From: Candidatus Microgenomatus sp. | Lineage (GTDB): Bacteria; Patescibacteriota; Minisyncoccia; UBA6257; GWB1-50-10 | Assembly: GCA_020724805.1 (NCBI GenBank) | Contig: DYGI01000001.1 | Location: 239,157-303,156, forward strand | DNA: 64,000 nucleotides | Direction of reading: 5' to 3' | Part shown: positions 17,736 through 29,549 of the stretch, piece by piece | How the letters are laid out: every line of letters starts with the position of its first letter | How positions within the stretch are numbered: the stretch's first letter is position 1 | Notes under the pieces: model-generated | Databases searched by the model: none | What the model saw: only the letters and a program-made list of their open reading frames with translations | What the model was told of the DNA's origin: nothing | Position numbers and translations under genes: made by a program

Positions 17736-18398
17736 ATGGAGGTGATTCCTACCATCAATTGCGGCGACGAAGCATGCGTGCGGCGGGGGCTCGGCGTCGT
17801 GGCGATTCTCGGAGCGGATAAGATTAAGTTCGACGTGTCGGATGGTTCATTCGCGTCCACGGTGACGTGGAACGAGCCCGCGAAACTCCGGAGCATGTTG
17901 GAAAAAGAAGGGTTGGGAGAATCGGAGATCGAGGTGCACCTTATGGTGAAGGATGTGAAGTCGGCGCTCAAGGTTTGGCTTGAAGCGGGGATACGTCGTG
18001 CGATAGTCCATATAGAGGTGTTCCCGAAAGGGAAAGAGTTGGATTTTTTCCATGAAATTGAAAGCATGTGCGTTGCGGCGGGAACAGAACTCGGTCTCGC
18101 GATTGCGCCCGAAACGGCGGTGGATGAACTTGTTGCCTATCTCGGTGAAACGCTTTTTGTGCAACTCCTCGCGGTAAAACCGGGTCCCGCAGGCCAAAAG
18201 TTCGACGAGGGGACGTTTGAAAAACTTGAATTCCTCCGCGACCGCGCGCCTGAGCTGATGATAGAAATCGACGGGGGAGTAACGCCGGCAATCGCGCGAC
18301 GACTCAAGGAAGCCGGCGCCGATGCGGTGGCGTCTTCCTCGTATATTTTCGGCGAGCGCGACCACCGCGCCGCATACCGGGAACTTTTGGACGCGTAA
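17736..18398 (+). CDS. rpe: Ribulose-phosphate 3-epimerase
   Basis: DVSDG.F, EVHLMV, V.PG.AGQKF, IEIDGGV; lies between rpiB and transketolase. Confidence 0.88.
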   Translation: MEVIPTINCGDEACVRRGLGVVAILGADKIKFDVSDGSFASTVTWNEPAKLRSMLEKEGLGESEIEVHLMVKDVKSALKVWLEAGIRRAIVHIEVFPKGKELDFFHEIESMCVAAGTELGLAIAPETAVDELVAYLGETLFVQLLAVKPGPAGQKFDEGTFEKLEFLRDRAPELMIEIDGGVTPAIARRLKEAGADAVASSSYIFGERDHRAAYRELLDA

Positions 18399-18401
18399 GC
18401 G

Positions 18402-18430
18402 AACCTGCCGGCAGGCAAGGTTTTTTTATT
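18402..18430 (+). terminator. Short palindrome plus T-run (CCTGCCGGCAGG-type repeat)
   Basis: AACCTGCCGGCAGGCAAGGTTTTTTT. Confidence 0.45.
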
Positions 18431-18463
18431 TGGGGTATAATGGAGAAAATCATAATTCTTTCT

Positions 18464-19324
18464 ATGGAACCTTTACACGAGGAAAAGCTGAAATATCTTG
18501 AGGAGCTGGCCGTACGGATGCGGGAAACCCTCATCCAAACACTCGTGGAGGCGGGGAGCGGACACTCGGCGGGACCTTTAGGGATGGCCGACATTTTCGC
18601 CGCGCTCTATTTCCATGTGTTAAACCACAATCCGAAAAAGCCCGACTGGGCCGAGCGCGACCGGCTCATACTTTCGAATGGCCACATCACGCCCATTCGC
18701 TATGTGGCGATGGCGTACGCGGGGTATCTGCCGCTGGAAGAGCTGAAAACATTACGGAAAATTCACTCGCGCCTGCAGGGGCACCCGCACCGTACGTCGC
18801 TCCCGGGCATTGAAACCACGTCGGGACCTTTGGGGTCCGGGCTTTCGCAGGCCATCGGTGTCGCACTCGCGGCGAAGCTGGACCACAAGAAATATCGTAC
18901 GTACTGTGTGATGTCCGACGGCGAGCACCAGGAAGGGAACACGTGGGAAGCCATTATGTTTGCGGGGAAGTACCGAATTTCCAATCTCACCGCGATTGTG
19001 GACCGGAACAACATTCAGATAGACGGTGCGACGGAAGACGTAATGCCTTTGGAATCTTTGCGCGCGAAATATGAGGCATTCCGCTGGAACGTCATTGAGG
19101 TGAACGGGCACAACATTGAGGAATTTGTGGATGCGGTGCATGAGGCGCGCGCAATTTTTGAAAAGCCAACCGTCATCATCGCACACACGATTCCCGGAAA
19201 AGGTGTGAGTTTTATGGAGGGCGACTACACATGGCACGGCAAAGCGCCGAAAAAAGACGAGGCGAAAGTGGCGCTTCACGAGCTTCGAACGCTCGGGAAG
19301 CGCATAAAATCCGAGCACGAATAA
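18464..19324 (+). CDS. tkt: Transketolase, N-terminal subunit
   Basis: GSGH..G, RD..ILSNGH, LQGHP, SGPLG.GLS, DGE.QEG..WEA; alternative start 18440. Confidence 0.93.
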   Translation: MEPLHEEKLKYLEELAVRMRETLIQTLVEAGSGHSAGPLGMADIFAALYFHVLNHNPKKPDWAERDRLILSNGHITPIRYVAMAYAGYLPLEELKTLRKIHSRLQGHPHRTSLPGIETTSGPLGSGLSQAIGVALAAKLDHKKYRTYCVMSDGEHQEGNTWEAIMFAGKYRISNLTAIVDRNNIQIDGATEDVMPLESLRAKYEAFRWNVIEVNGHNIEEFVDAVHEARAIFEKPTVIIAHTIPGKGVSFMEGDYTWHGKAPKKDEAKVALHELRTLGKRIKSEHE

Positions 19325-19325
19325 T

Positions 19326-20315
19326 ATGCTGGAACCATCCTCCAAGTTAAATAACAACATGTTCAAGCCCGAAGCCGAAAAGCGTGCGACACGGGACGGG
19401 TACGGCGAGGGTTTGGTTGTCTTGGGTGACACCAATAAAAGCGTAGTGGCCCTGACCGCGGACCTTGCCGAGTCCACGCGCGCGGAAAGCTTCGCAAAAA
19501 AGTATCCGGAACGGTTCTTTGAATGTGGTGTTGCGGAGCAGAACATGGCGACGATTGCGGCCGGGCTTGGTATCAGCGGTAAAATTCCCTTCATTTCCTC
19601 CTACGCCACGTTTTCACCGGGCAGGAACCTTGAGCAAATACGGACGACAGTCGCCTATAACGATTCCAATGTGAAGATTGCGGGACACCACGCCGGCATC
19701 TCCGTGGGGCCGGACGGGGCGACGCACCAAGCAACCGAGGATATCGCATGGATGCGCACTATGCCGAATATGAAAGTCGTGGTGCCGTGCGATGCGGTGG
19801 AAGCGAAGAAAGCGACTGTGGCGGCTGCAAAAGTGAAAGGACCCGTGTATCTGCGGTTCGCACGCGAGAAAACTTCCGTCATCACAACCGGAAAAACCCC
19901 GTTCACACTCGGAAAGGCGGAACTGTTTTGGGATTCCAAAAAACCGGAGGTAGGCATCGTCGCATGCGGCATCATGGTGGCGCAGGCTTTGCGCGCTGCG
20001 CAGGAGCTCAAAGCAGACGGGATGGAAGTTGCGGTATTGAATGTGCACACCATTAAACCTTTGGACGGTTCCGCGCTCCGCGCGCTCGGCAATCGCACCG
20101 GCGCTCTGGTGGTCGCCGAGGAGCATCAAGTGGCCGGAGGGCTGGGAGGCGCCGTCGCCGAATTCTTTGCGAAAGACGGGCCACTTCCTATAGAATTCGT
20201 GGGACTCAACGACACCTTCGGCCAGTCGGGCCGCCCCGAGGAACTTTTGGAGTTCTACGGCATGGGAGTCGGTGACATAAAAAACGCGGTAAAGCGCGCA
20301 AGAAAAAGAAAATAA
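19326..20315 (+). CDS. tkt: Transketolase, C-terminal subunit
   Basis: GVAEQNM...AAG, GPDGATHQ, P.YLRF.R, EEH...GGLG. Confidence 0.93.
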   Translation: MLEPSSKLNNNMFKPEAEKRATRDGYGEGLVVLGDTNKSVVALTADLAESTRAESFAKKYPERFFECGVAEQNMATIAAGLGISGKIPFISSYATFSPGRNLEQIRTTVAYNDSNVKIAGHHAGISVGPDGATHQATEDIAWMRTMPNMKVVVPCDAVEAKKATVAAAKVKGPVYLRFAREKTSVITTGKTPFTLGKAELFWDSKKPEVGIVACGIMVAQALRAAQELKADGMEVAVLNVHTIKPLDGSALRALGNRTGALVVAEEHQVAGGLGGAVAEFFAKDGPLPIEFVGLNDTFGQSGRPEELLEFYGMGVGDIKNAVKRARKRK

Positions 20316-20316
20316 C

Positions 20317-21321
20317 ATGTTTGACATCATCACTATAGGCACCGCAACGCGGGACGTATTTCTCAAAAGTGCGAAATTCAAAGTGCTCCGGGACCCGGAG
20401 CATTTGAAAAAGCTCGGATTTGTTACCGGCGAAGCGGAATGTTTTGCGATGGGAAGTAAGATTGCCGTGGATGCCCCGGTATTCGCGTTCGGGGGCGGCG
20501 CAGTGAATGCGGCAGTGACCTTCGCGCGGCAAGGTCTCAAAACCGGCGCGGTTATAAAAGTGGGAGACGATGAAAGCGGCGAAGCGCTTTTAGAAAACTT
20601 GAAGCATGAGCGTATTACCGCGTTCGCCGCGCGAGATAAAAAAATTGCCACCGCATATTCCGTGGCGCTCCTCACCGCGGGAGGAGAGCGCACTATCCTT
20701 TCCTACCGGGGAGCGTCGGAAGACCTTTCGCATCGCGATATCCCGTGGAACAAACTTTCGGCAAAGTGGGCATATATCACGCCGGGAGCGCTCCCTATGG
20801 TACTCGTACGGGAACTTGTGGCGTTCTTGAAAAAGCGGGGCACCTCGGTTGCCATGAATCCTTCCGGGGCCTACGTGGCAATGGGGGCGGAGAAATTGAA
20901 GCCGCTTCTTGCCGCGCTCGATGTGGTCATTGTGAACCGCGAAGAAGCAACGCTTCTCACCGGATTTGATTTCTCAAAAGAAAGAAAGATTTTCAAGAAA
21001 TTCGACGACCTGGTGCCAGGACTTGCGGTGGTAACCGACGGGCCGCGCGGCGCAAAAGTTTCGGACGGGCGCTACCTCTACACCGCGGAAACTTTCAAGG
21101 AGAAAAAACTGGCGGATCGCACGGGAGCGGGGGATGCGTTCGGTTCCGGTTTTGTGGCCGGACTTATAGAAAAGCGTGATATCCATTACGCGCTTCGTCT
21201 GGCATCCGCGAACGCGACCTCGGTGGTTGAACAGATAGGAGCCGAGGAAGGCATACTCACGAAAAAGGATTTTGCCGCAAACCGTTTCAAATATCTGAGT
21301 TTGGACGTTGAGCCGCTCTGA
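20317..21321 (+). CDS. PfkB-family carbohydrate kinase
   Basis: GGGAVNAA...ARQG, VN.EEA, DRTGAGDAFGSGF. Confidence 0.92.
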   Translation: MFDIITIGTATRDVFLKSAKFKVLRDPEHLKKLGFVTGEAECFAMGSKIAVDAPVFAFGGGAVNAAVTFARQGLKTGAVIKVGDDESGEALLENLKHERITAFAARDKKIATAYSVALLTAGGERTILSYRGASEDLSHRDIPWNKLSAKWAYITPGALPMVLVRELVAFLKKRGTSVAMNPSGAYVAMGAEKLKPLLAALDVVIVNREEATLLTGFDFSKERKIFKKFDDLVPGLAVVTDGPRGAKVSDGRYLYTAETFKEKKLADRTGAGDAFGSGFVAGLIEKRDIHYALRLASANATSVVEQIGAEEGILTKKDFAANRFKYLSLDVEPL

Positions 21322-21326
21322 TAGCG

Positions 21327-22559
21327 ATGGCTACCGTGGAACAACTTGCGAAGATTCTCGGCGTGGATGCCGCGATGCTCGAGAAGCTCGAGAAGGCCAT
21401 GGCGGCGCGCACGGGCCGCGCAGGAGTATTGGGATCCATTGCGGAACGAAACGCGGAAACTATAGAACGTACGCTTCGCGCGTTGAATAGCGGCGATCGC
21501 TCGGCCGAGCATGTAAAGGGAGTGTTGCGAACCGCCATTGTGGAACACGAAAAAAGACTCCTCGCCCTCGTGGAAAGGGAAAATGGCGCGTCCCCATTCG
21601 AAAAAGCGGCCTCGCTTGCGAAGAAGGTCACGAGATCAGGGAAAGGTTTTTTTCTCAAAAAAGAAATTGCGCGTGAAATATTGCGGAAGCGTCCACCCGC
21701 GAATCTCATCAACTACCTCGGGGTAACAACAATTGAGGAAGCGTTTTCGGGTCGTGACGTTACCGAGCTCTTTAGCGCGCTGCGCTTCGTGGAATCGGAT
21801 GAGTGGATGCATGCGACCTTTGACGCGGCATACAGCGAATTCACCGCGGCCGACTTCGAAGAGCGGGATACGGAAATCCGCGTGTTAGGATCCGAATGGC
21901 ACGAAATATCGCGGAAGTTTGTGGCGAAAAAGCACCATAACGTGAGCCATCTGAAAGAATTCGGCGTCATTTTCGTGAACCCCATCCAGGAAGATATCCC
22001 CGGGAAATTTTTGAGGGATTTTGCACTCCTTTTGCACTACTTCCATGAAGTTGAATTTTATTCAAAACTTTTCCGCCGTTACTCGCGCGAAGCGAACTTC
22101 GCCGAGCGTCTCAAAATGTTTTTGCGGGGCGATGTGCCCGAGGTGTACCAGGCGGGTGACGGCGAGTGGCTTATTGTGCAGCGTTATCTTGCGAAGGAGA
22201 ATCCCGCAGATCCGCGCCTTTCGTTGCCGCGCGTGAATCCTGAATCTCTTCACTGGGCGCGGGGCGAGCGCGATCTCACGAGCTTCAGGGCGCCAGATGC
22301 TCACCTCGATCTTACTTTGTGGCACGACCTTGATTGGGTCGGCGGTATTTTTGCCGATGGTAATGAACAGACAGTGAGTTTTGACTTGGAGGACAACGCA
22401 ATGTCGCTCGTGTCATTTATGGAAGGGAAGAACGAAACATTCAATTATCACCAGCGTGAGAGTATGTGGACCAAGATATTCGAGGAATATGTGGGCGGAG
22501 AGGAAAAGATGGAGGAGCTGCTCATAGAGAATTTTGACAAAGGAATCATCCAATTCTAA
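21327..22559 (+). CDS. Hypothetical protein (410 aa) within the sugar-phosphate cluster
   Basis: Long ORF 5 nt after pfkB and 2 nt before fba; KKHHNVSHLKE and LHYFHE motifs. Confidence 0.8.
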   Translation: MATVEQLAKILGVDAAMLEKLEKAMAARTGRAGVLGSIAERNAETIERTLRALNSGDRSAEHVKGVLRTAIVEHEKRLLALVERENGASPFEKAASLAKKVTRSGKGFFLKKEIAREILRKRPPANLINYLGVTTIEEAFSGRDVTELFSALRFVESDEWMHATFDAAYSEFTAADFEERDTEIRVLGSEWHEISRKFVAKKHHNVSHLKEFGVIFVNPIQEDIPGKFLRDFALLLHYFHEVEFYSKLFRRYSREANFAERLKMFLRGDVPEVYQAGDGEWLIVQRYLAKENPADPRLSLPRVNPESLHWARGERDLTSFRAPDAHLDLTLWHDLDWVGGIFADGNEQTVSFDLEDNAMSLVSFMEGKNETFNYHQRESMWTKIFEEYVGGEEKMEELLIENFDKGIIQF

Positions 22560-22561
22560 CC

Positions 22562-23470
22562 ATGCAAACTTTGTCAGCGGTCATACGAGCCGCGGAAACA
22601 AAAAAAATCGCGATAGGACACTTCAATATTGCGAACTTGGAGCAGTTGAAGGCCATCGCGCATGTGGGAGTGAGGTTGAATGTGCCGGTCATCATCGGAG
22701 TTTCGGAAGGGGAGCGAGAGTATCTCGGCGTGCACCATGTGCGGGATTTGGTGGACAGTTATAACAAGGAACACGCAAAGACGGATGGTTTTCGCTTATT
22801 TCTGAACGCGGACCACACGAAGTCGATTGAGAAGGCAAAGGAAGCGGCGGCGAACGGGTTCGACGCGGTTTTGTTCGACGGTTCAAAACTCACGTTTGAG
22901 GAAAATATTACGCGTACGAAAGAAACGATACGGGCGGTAAAGCGGGGGTGGAAATTCTGGCGGAAGGATGTGCTTGTGGAAGGGGAATTGGGATATATCG
23001 GGGGAGCTTCGGAAATACGCGATAGTGTTCCCGAGGGTGCGGCGATAAAATCCGAGGACCTTACGAAACCTGAGGACGCCGCGCGATTTGTGAAAGAAAC
23101 CGGCGTGGATATGCTTGCGCCCGCGGTGGGAAACATCCACGGGATGCGAGCAGACGCTTCTGACCCTGCGCTCGATATCGCGCGAATTAAAGCGATAAAA
23201 GATGCCCTTCGACAAGCTCAGGGTAAACCGGTGTCGCTCGTGCTTCACGGCGCTTCGGGGAATACCGATGAAGATTTACGTGCCGCGATAGAAGCGGGGA
23301 TATCCGTCGTTCACATTTCTACCGAGCTTCGCGCCGCATGGCGGAAAAGTCTGGAAGGAGAACTTACGGAACACCCAAAGGAAGTCGCGCCTTACAAGGT
23401 AATGCCCGATGTACTCGCGGCGATGGAAGAAGTGGTGGAGCATCACCTTCGTCTTTTCAATCGGCTCTAG
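22562..23470 (+). CDS. fba: Class II fructose-bisphosphate aldolase
   Basis: [34 protein letters not shown]. Confidence 0.93.
   Translation: MQTLSAVIRAAETKKIAIGHFNIANLEQLKAIAHVGVRLNVPVIIGVSEGEREYLGVHHVRDLVDSYNKEHAKTDGFRLFLNADHTKSIEKAKEAAANGFDAVLFDGSKLTFEENITRTKETIRAVKRGWKFWRKDVLVEGELGYIGGASEIRDSVPEGAAIKSEDLTKPEDAARFVKETGVDMLAPAVGNIHGMRADASDPALDIARIKAIKDALRQAQGKPVSLVLHGASGNTDEDLRAAIEAGISVVHISTELRAAWRKSLEGELTEHPKEVAPYKVMPDVLAAMEEVVEHHLRLFNRL
23205..23228 (+). repeat. CCCTTCGACAAGCTCAGGGTAAAC repeat inside fba (LRQAQGK)
   Basis: Copy of the 779/3566 repeat read in a different frame. Confidence 0.8.
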
Positions 23471-23490
23471 ATTCTGGTACGCTTTTCGCT

Positions 23491-24231
23491 ATGGCCGATG
23501 AGGTAAAGAAAATCATTATAGAAATTCGCGCGGGCGCGGGGGGCGACGAGGCATCGCTTTTTGCGGGCGACCTTGCGCGAATGTATCAGCGCTATGCGAC
23601 AAAACGAGGATGGCGTTTTTCCACCCTCGATGCTTCGGAATCCGGCGCGCGCGGGTATAAAACATTAGTGGCTGAAATAGCGGGCGCGGGCGCGTATGAG
23701 GCGCTGAAACAGGAATCAGGCGTGCATCGCGTGCAGCGCGTGCCGGTGACCGAACGACAAGGACGCGTGCACACCTCAACCGCCTCGGTGGCGGTGCTCC
23801 CCATCGTGGAGGCGAAGGCGGTGGATATCAAAGAAAGTGATTTGGAGGTGACGTTCTCGCGCGCGGGCGGCCCCGGCGGTCAGAATGTGAACAAAGTGGA
23901 AACCGCGGTGCGAATACTCCACAAGCCGACTGGAGTGGTGGTCGGTTCGCGTGAAGAGCGGAGCCAACACGCGAATCGCGAACGTGCAATAGAGGTGCTC
24001 CGCGCGAAGCTCTATGAGGCGCAGCAACTCCAGGCGGTCGGGTCGGTATCCGAACTCAGAAAAGAGCAGATAGGGAGCGGGGACCGCTCGGAGAAGATTC
24101 GCACCTATAACTTCCCTGACGATCGCATTACCGACCATCGTATCGGGAAGAAATTTTCGAACATCGAAAAAATACTCGAGGGGAATCTCGATAAGATAGT
24201 TGAAGCTTTCACGGGAACTACCGTGAAGTAA
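23491..24231 (+). CDS. prfA: Peptide chain release factor 1, lacking N-terminal domain 1
   Basis: [29 protein letters not shown] (PxT), [20 protein letters not shown]; 246 aa. Confidence 0.9.
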   Translation: MADEVKKIIIEIRAGAGGDEASLFAGDLARMYQRYATKRGWRFSTLDASESGARGYKTLVAEIAGAGAYEALKQESGVHRVQRVPVTERQGRVHTSTASVAVLPIVEAKAVDIKESDLEVTFSRAGGPGGQNVNKVETAVRILHKPTGVVVGSREERSQHANRERAIEVLRAKLYEAQQLQAVGSVSELRKEQIGSGDRSEKIRTYNFPDDRITDHRIGKKFSNIEKILEGNLDKIVEAFTGTTVK

Positions 24232-25612
24232 TCGCGGGGGAAAGAACCGAAGCGTTGGTGCGAAGAACCGAGATATCCTTCTCAAATTCGTTTGCCTGGG
24301 TGACCACCGGGTCGCCATACCAGAAACGATATTTATACCAGTTACCACCCGCATAGTATTTCGCCGCGGCGCAACGCTCGATAAGGGTTTGGTAGGACAC
24401 CTGGTTTTTGTTTGCTTCCGCGTAGCTCTTACAACTTGAAGAATCCAAAAGGTCCTTCATGTAGACCGCAGTCGCGGCGAACGCGTCCGAATTGTTCCAT
24501 GGGCTCGGAGGGTTATTTCCTGTGACATTGGCGATTTTCGCCTCATAGATTTTCCACGTCGAAGGAATGAACTGTGCGGGACCCATGGCGCCGCCGTATG
24601 AACCGTGCGAAGAAATTGGACACGAGACTTTGGCAAACTCCGAGTCGGGGTCAATGCCGAGGCGCTTCAATAGGTCAAGGAAATATGGCTTGTCGCGTGT
24701 GGGGTGCATGGCGGTGGCATAGGAACAGCGTCCTACATTCTTTCCGAGAAGCGATTCGCGGTGGAGAATGGCGAGGATAAGGGCGGAGCGTACGCCGGTC
24801 GCGCTTTCCGCGAGCTTTGCATAGTCGTAGGCCGCCTCAAAGGTAAGCTCGCCGCCGCCGAGGAGTTGGAATATGCGCGTGCGGATTTGCGCGGCACTTT
24901 GCTGGGTTTGTGTGAGAATTTTCTGATATTCCGATTCCTTTCCTTTCGTTGCCTGAAGGAGTTTGTTTTTCTGCGATTGGGTCGTTTGTACACTACTCTT
25001 TTGCGCTTCCTGGATGCGGCGGAAATTCTCGGTATCCTCCTTTTTCGTCGCAAGTTGGTCTTTTTGCACTACGAGGTCCTCCCGAAGCCTTGTGATTTCC
25101 GCAAGCGACACGCGAAGGTTTTCCTGTACCAAAGTGACGTTCTCGATGTAGCCGAAAAAGTCGGAAAGTTCACGTTCCGAAAGGATCACTTCCATGAGAC
25201 CCGCGCGGTCGCTCTCATAGAGGTCGCGAAGGTATTTTCCTATAGCGTCTTTGTGCGAGCCGATATTATTTTCGGTGCGGTTTATTTGGCGCTGAGTTTC
25301 GTTGATTTCTTCATTCAACTTTGCAAGTTCGAGGTTCAGCGCTTTGATCTGTGTATTTGCTTTGGCTATCTTCGCATTCAGTGCGGAGATTTCGTTCGAG
25401 AGCGTTTTCCCTTCGGCCCGGTATTTCGCGATGGTCGCTTCGTGCTCTTCTATCTGACGTTCGAGCTCGGCGAGCTGACCCTCAAGCGCGCGTCGTTCTT
25501 CCTCACTTCCTGTCTGGGCGTAGACGGAGGCGATGGGGGAATAATAAGCGAACAAAACAGGCGCGCCGAGGAGCGCGAAGAAGGAAAAATAAATAAAAAC
25601 TGTCCGTTTCAT
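24218..25612 (-). CDS. Coiled-coil (PcsB/CwlO-like) lytic murein transglycosylase
   Basis: N-terminal TM, long coiled coil, [21 protein letters not shown]. Confidence 0.85.
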   Translation of the reverse strand: MKRTVFIYFSFFALLGAPVLFAYYSPIASVYAQTGSEEERRALEGQLAELERQIEEHEATIAKYRAEGKTLSNEISALNAKIAKANTQIKALNLELAKLNEEINETQRQINRTENNIGSHKDAIGKYLRDLYESDRAGLMEVILSERELSDFFGYIENVTLVQENLRVSLAEITRLREDLVVQKDQLATKKEDTENFRRIQEAQKSSVQTTQSQKNKLLQATKGKESEYQKILTQTQQSAAQIRTRIFQLLGGGELTFEAAYDYAKLAESATGVRSALILAILHRESLLGKNVGRCSYATAMHPTRDKPYFLDLLKRLGIDPDSEFAKVSCPISSHGSYGGAMGPAQFIPSTWKIYEAKIANVTGNNPPSPWNNSDAFAATAVYMKDLLDSSSCKSYAEANKNQVSYQTLIERCAAAKYYAGGNWYKYRFWYGDPVVTQANEFEKDISVLRTNASVLSPAITSR

Positions 25613-25655
25613 ACCTTCTCTACCAAGTATAACGACGAAAGACGATTTTGAGAAC

Positions 25656-25680
25656 AAAAACCCCGATGGAAGGTCGGGTT
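25656..25680 (-). terminator. Putative terminator after rplY
   Basis: AACCCGACC-TTCC-ATCGGGGTTTTT on - strand. Confidence 0.5.
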
Positions 25681-25707
25681 CGTCGGTGCCGTCATCGGCG
25701 AACGGTT

Positions 25708-26352
25708 CTACTCTTTCTTTTCTTCGCCCGCAGGAGCGGGTTCGGTGGCGGACGCTGCTTCGGCGGGAGTTCCTTCGGCAACGGGGGCAGGCGCGGGAGC
25801 TTCCTCCTTCGCGTGCTCGCGTACCGTGGCGAGCGTAGTGTCGGCAGGAACGTGAAGTTTTACCGAGGGAGGAATTGAAAGATCTTTGACCGCGATGGAA
25901 TCGCCCGGCTTTCTGAGCGCGTCGACCGGTACCTCGATCTTATGAAGGAGATTTTCGGGGAGCGCTTCGATCTCTATTTCACGCACGACTTCGACGATCA
26001 TGAACCCTTCTTTCGTGGCGGGAGCCGTTCCCACGAACACCACCGGCACTTTTGCGTGCACCTTTTCGCCTTTCTTGATGGCGTGGAAATCTATTGCGAG
26101 CACTTCATCGGTTAAAGGGTCGCGCAAAACCTCAGCAATGACCGCGGGGACGGTGCCGTTGTCGGTGGTGAGTGAAATAATGGTGTGACTTCCCGCGGCG
26201 CGGTAAAGCGTCACAAATTCTTTCAAAGGAACGGCGACGTGAATGTTTTCAATCCCGCGACCGTAGATTTCCGCGGGCACCAACCCTTCGTGGCGGAGAT
26301 TCTTCGTTTTTTTGCCGAATACGTTCCGGTTTTGTACCTTTAGCTCCGTCAT
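25708..26352 (-). CDS. rplY: 50S ribosomal protein L25/Ctc
   Basis: R..GLVPAEIYG, IDF, KVPVVFVG, C-terminal A/E tail. Confidence 0.93.
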   Translation of the reverse strand: MTELKVQNRNVFGKKTKNLRHEGLVPAEIYGRGIENIHVAVPLKEFVTLYRAAGSHTIISLTTDNGTVPAVIAEVLRDPLTDEVLAIDFHAIKKGEKVHAKVPVVFVGTAPATKEGFMIVEVVREIEIEALPENLLHKIEVPVDALRKPGDSIAVKDLSIPPSVKLHVPADTTLATVREHAKEEAPAPAPVAEGTPAEAASATEPAPAGEEKKE

Positions 26353-26356
26353 GGAA

Positions 26357-26605
26357 TTATTTCGCGCGCGCTTTCTTTACCTTCTTCACTTTCTTGATGG
26401 GGGACGCCTTTGCGGTGCGTGCGCGGAAGCGTTCCACGCGTCCCGTGGTGTCGACGAGCGACTGTTTGCCGGTGTAGAACGGGTGGCATTTGGAGCAGAT
26501 TTCGACGTGAAGTTCCGGCACCGTGGCGCCGACCGTAAAGCGTTCACCGCAGGCGCACGTTACCTTGGCTTTCGGATAATATTGGGGGTGGATTCCTTCT
26601 TTCAT
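26357..26605 (-). CDS. rpmE: 50S ribosomal protein L31 (Zn type)
   Basis: [29 protein letters not shown]. Confidence 0.96.
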   Translation of the reverse strand: MKEGIHPQYYPKAKVTCACGERFTVGATVPELHVEICSKCHPFYTGKQSLVDTTGRVERFRARTAKASPIKKVKKVKKARAK

Positions 26606-26635
26606 AGCCACGTTATTCTACATAAAACCTTTGTA

Positions 26636-26663
26636 TTGACAAGGGGAACCCCTTTCCTATAAT
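26636..26663 (+). promoter_or_regulatory. rRNA promoter
   Basis: TTGACA-16 bp-TATAAT, consensus hexamers with the rrn-typical 16-bp spacer. Confidence 0.85.
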
Positions 26664-26807
26664 AGGGACGCCTATGAAGAACTTTGTTTTACATAGCGCG
26701 TCCATTAATAAGTGCATAACCCGCTTTTGTTGCAGCAACAGAAGCGCGGTATACCAGTGAAGATTTTTTTCGTTGTCCTAGTCAGCGACTGGCAATTGCC
26801 AGTCGTA

Positions 26808-28310
<1,503 letters not shown>

Positions 28311-28464
28311 TATCTTTTTCATTCCGAAGGGAGGGAGAAAGATAGCGAGCGAAAGATAGGAGGAGAGTGGAACGCGAACTCGTTTTTCGTTCCGCTCTCA
28401 GCCAGATCACGCGAATCCGTGAGGATTCAACAGGTGTTGGCCACTCAGCCTTAAGTTGGTGGCT

Positions 28465-28481
28465 CTAGGACAACGAAAAAA
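28465..28481 (+). other. 3' arm of the 16S precursor processing stem
   Basis: CTAGGACAACGAAAAAA is the exact reverse complement of TTTTTTCGTTGTCCTAG at 26765-26781. Confidence 0.8.
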
Positions 28482-28509
28482 GTTTTTGGTGGTATACTGA
28501 AAATCAAAC

Positions 28510-28890
28510 ATGGCGGAAATAAAACGCATTCTTTTAGTTGAGGACGAACCTCTTTTGGGAAATCTTTTGAAGCAGCGCCTTGAGAAGGAGGGGTTCGAGA
28601 TAGTCCTTGCGCGCGACGGCGAGGAAGCGCTCGCGAAACTTCGCGAATCGAAGCCCGATCTCATTCTTCTCGACATAATTCTTCCGAAAATCTCTGGGTT
28701 CGAGCTTTTGGAGACCCTTCAAGCGGACCCCCAGTTCGAACGGGCGCCCGTCATCGTCATTTCGAATTTGGGTCAAGAGAGCGACGTGGCGCGGGGGCAG
28801 GCCCTTGGTGCTATTCAGTATTTCGTGAAGGCAAAGGTTTCCATAGAAGAGCTTGTGGAACACGTGAAAACGTTCCTGAGGGGACACTAA
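28510..28890 (+). CDS. Stand-alone response regulator receiver
   Basis: ILLVEDE, DLILLDIILP..SG, VISN, YFVK. Confidence 0.92.
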   Translation: MAEIKRILLVEDEPLLGNLLKQRLEKEGFEIVLARDGEEALAKLRESKPDLILLDIILPKISGFELLETLQADPQFERAPVIVISNLGQESDVARGQALGAIQYFVKAKVSIEELVEHVKTFLRGH

Positions 28891-28960
28891 GGTTATCCAC
28901 TGTTTTAATTTTTAACGAAAGGTATAATAAAAACGAAGATAATAATTGTATTCAGTACGC

Positions 28961-29527
28961 ATGAAACCGAAAGGATTCACCCTCATTGAGCTTCTCGTGG
29001 TCATCGCAATCCTCGCCGTTCTCGCGGTCGCGGTGGTTTTGGTGTTGAACCCCGCAGAGCTCATCAGGCAGGCACGCGACACCACGCGAATTTCCGACAT
29101 TGCGGCACTGAACAGCGCCGTCGCGCTTTTTCTTGCGGACGTGACAAGCCCCACATGGAGTGCAACAGTTAGGTGTACGAGCGGAACGGAGACTGTGGTA
29201 GGCGCGGCGTGCACTTTAAATGCATCGACCACGGTGGACGGAACGGGGTGGGTGAACCTCGATTTCACCGATATCTCGAGCGGCTCGCCTCTGCCGCGTC
29301 TCCCTATCGACCCGGTGAACGATTCGGGTTCCGCTACTTGCGCAGGAGCAGTGGATGGTTGTTACTACGGATATCGTTCGTCGGCAACGACAGGGAAGTA
29401 TAAGATTTTTGCGAACATGGAGAGCGTGAAATACACCACGGGTGGCGGTTCGGATGTGGAGTCTAATACGAAAGACGGAGGCAATGTGAATACCTGGTAT
29501 GAGGTAGGGAGTGACATGTCTCTTTAG
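28961..29527 (+). CDS. Type IV pilin (probable major pilin)
   Basis: KG|FTLIELLVVIAIL prepilin motif, ARD..R.SD, LP.DP.N; own terminator. Confidence 0.9.
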   Translation: MKPKGFTLIELLVVIAILAVLAVAVVLVLNPAELIRQARDTTRISDIAALNSAVALFLADVTSPTWSATVRCTSGTETVVGAACTLNASTTVDGTGWVNLDFTDISSGSPLPRLPIDPVNDSGSATCAGAVDGCYYGYRSSATTGKYKIFANMESVKYTTGGGSDVESNTKDGGNVNTWYEVGSDMSL

Positions 29528-29549
29528 TGATTGCGCGGTTTCCGCGCGC

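Noticed and set aside
23338-23490. Frameshifted or overlapping N-terminal domain of RF1
   Set aside because: The upstream in-frame stretch overlaps fba and does not resemble RF domain 1; no RF2-type CTT-TGA shift site.
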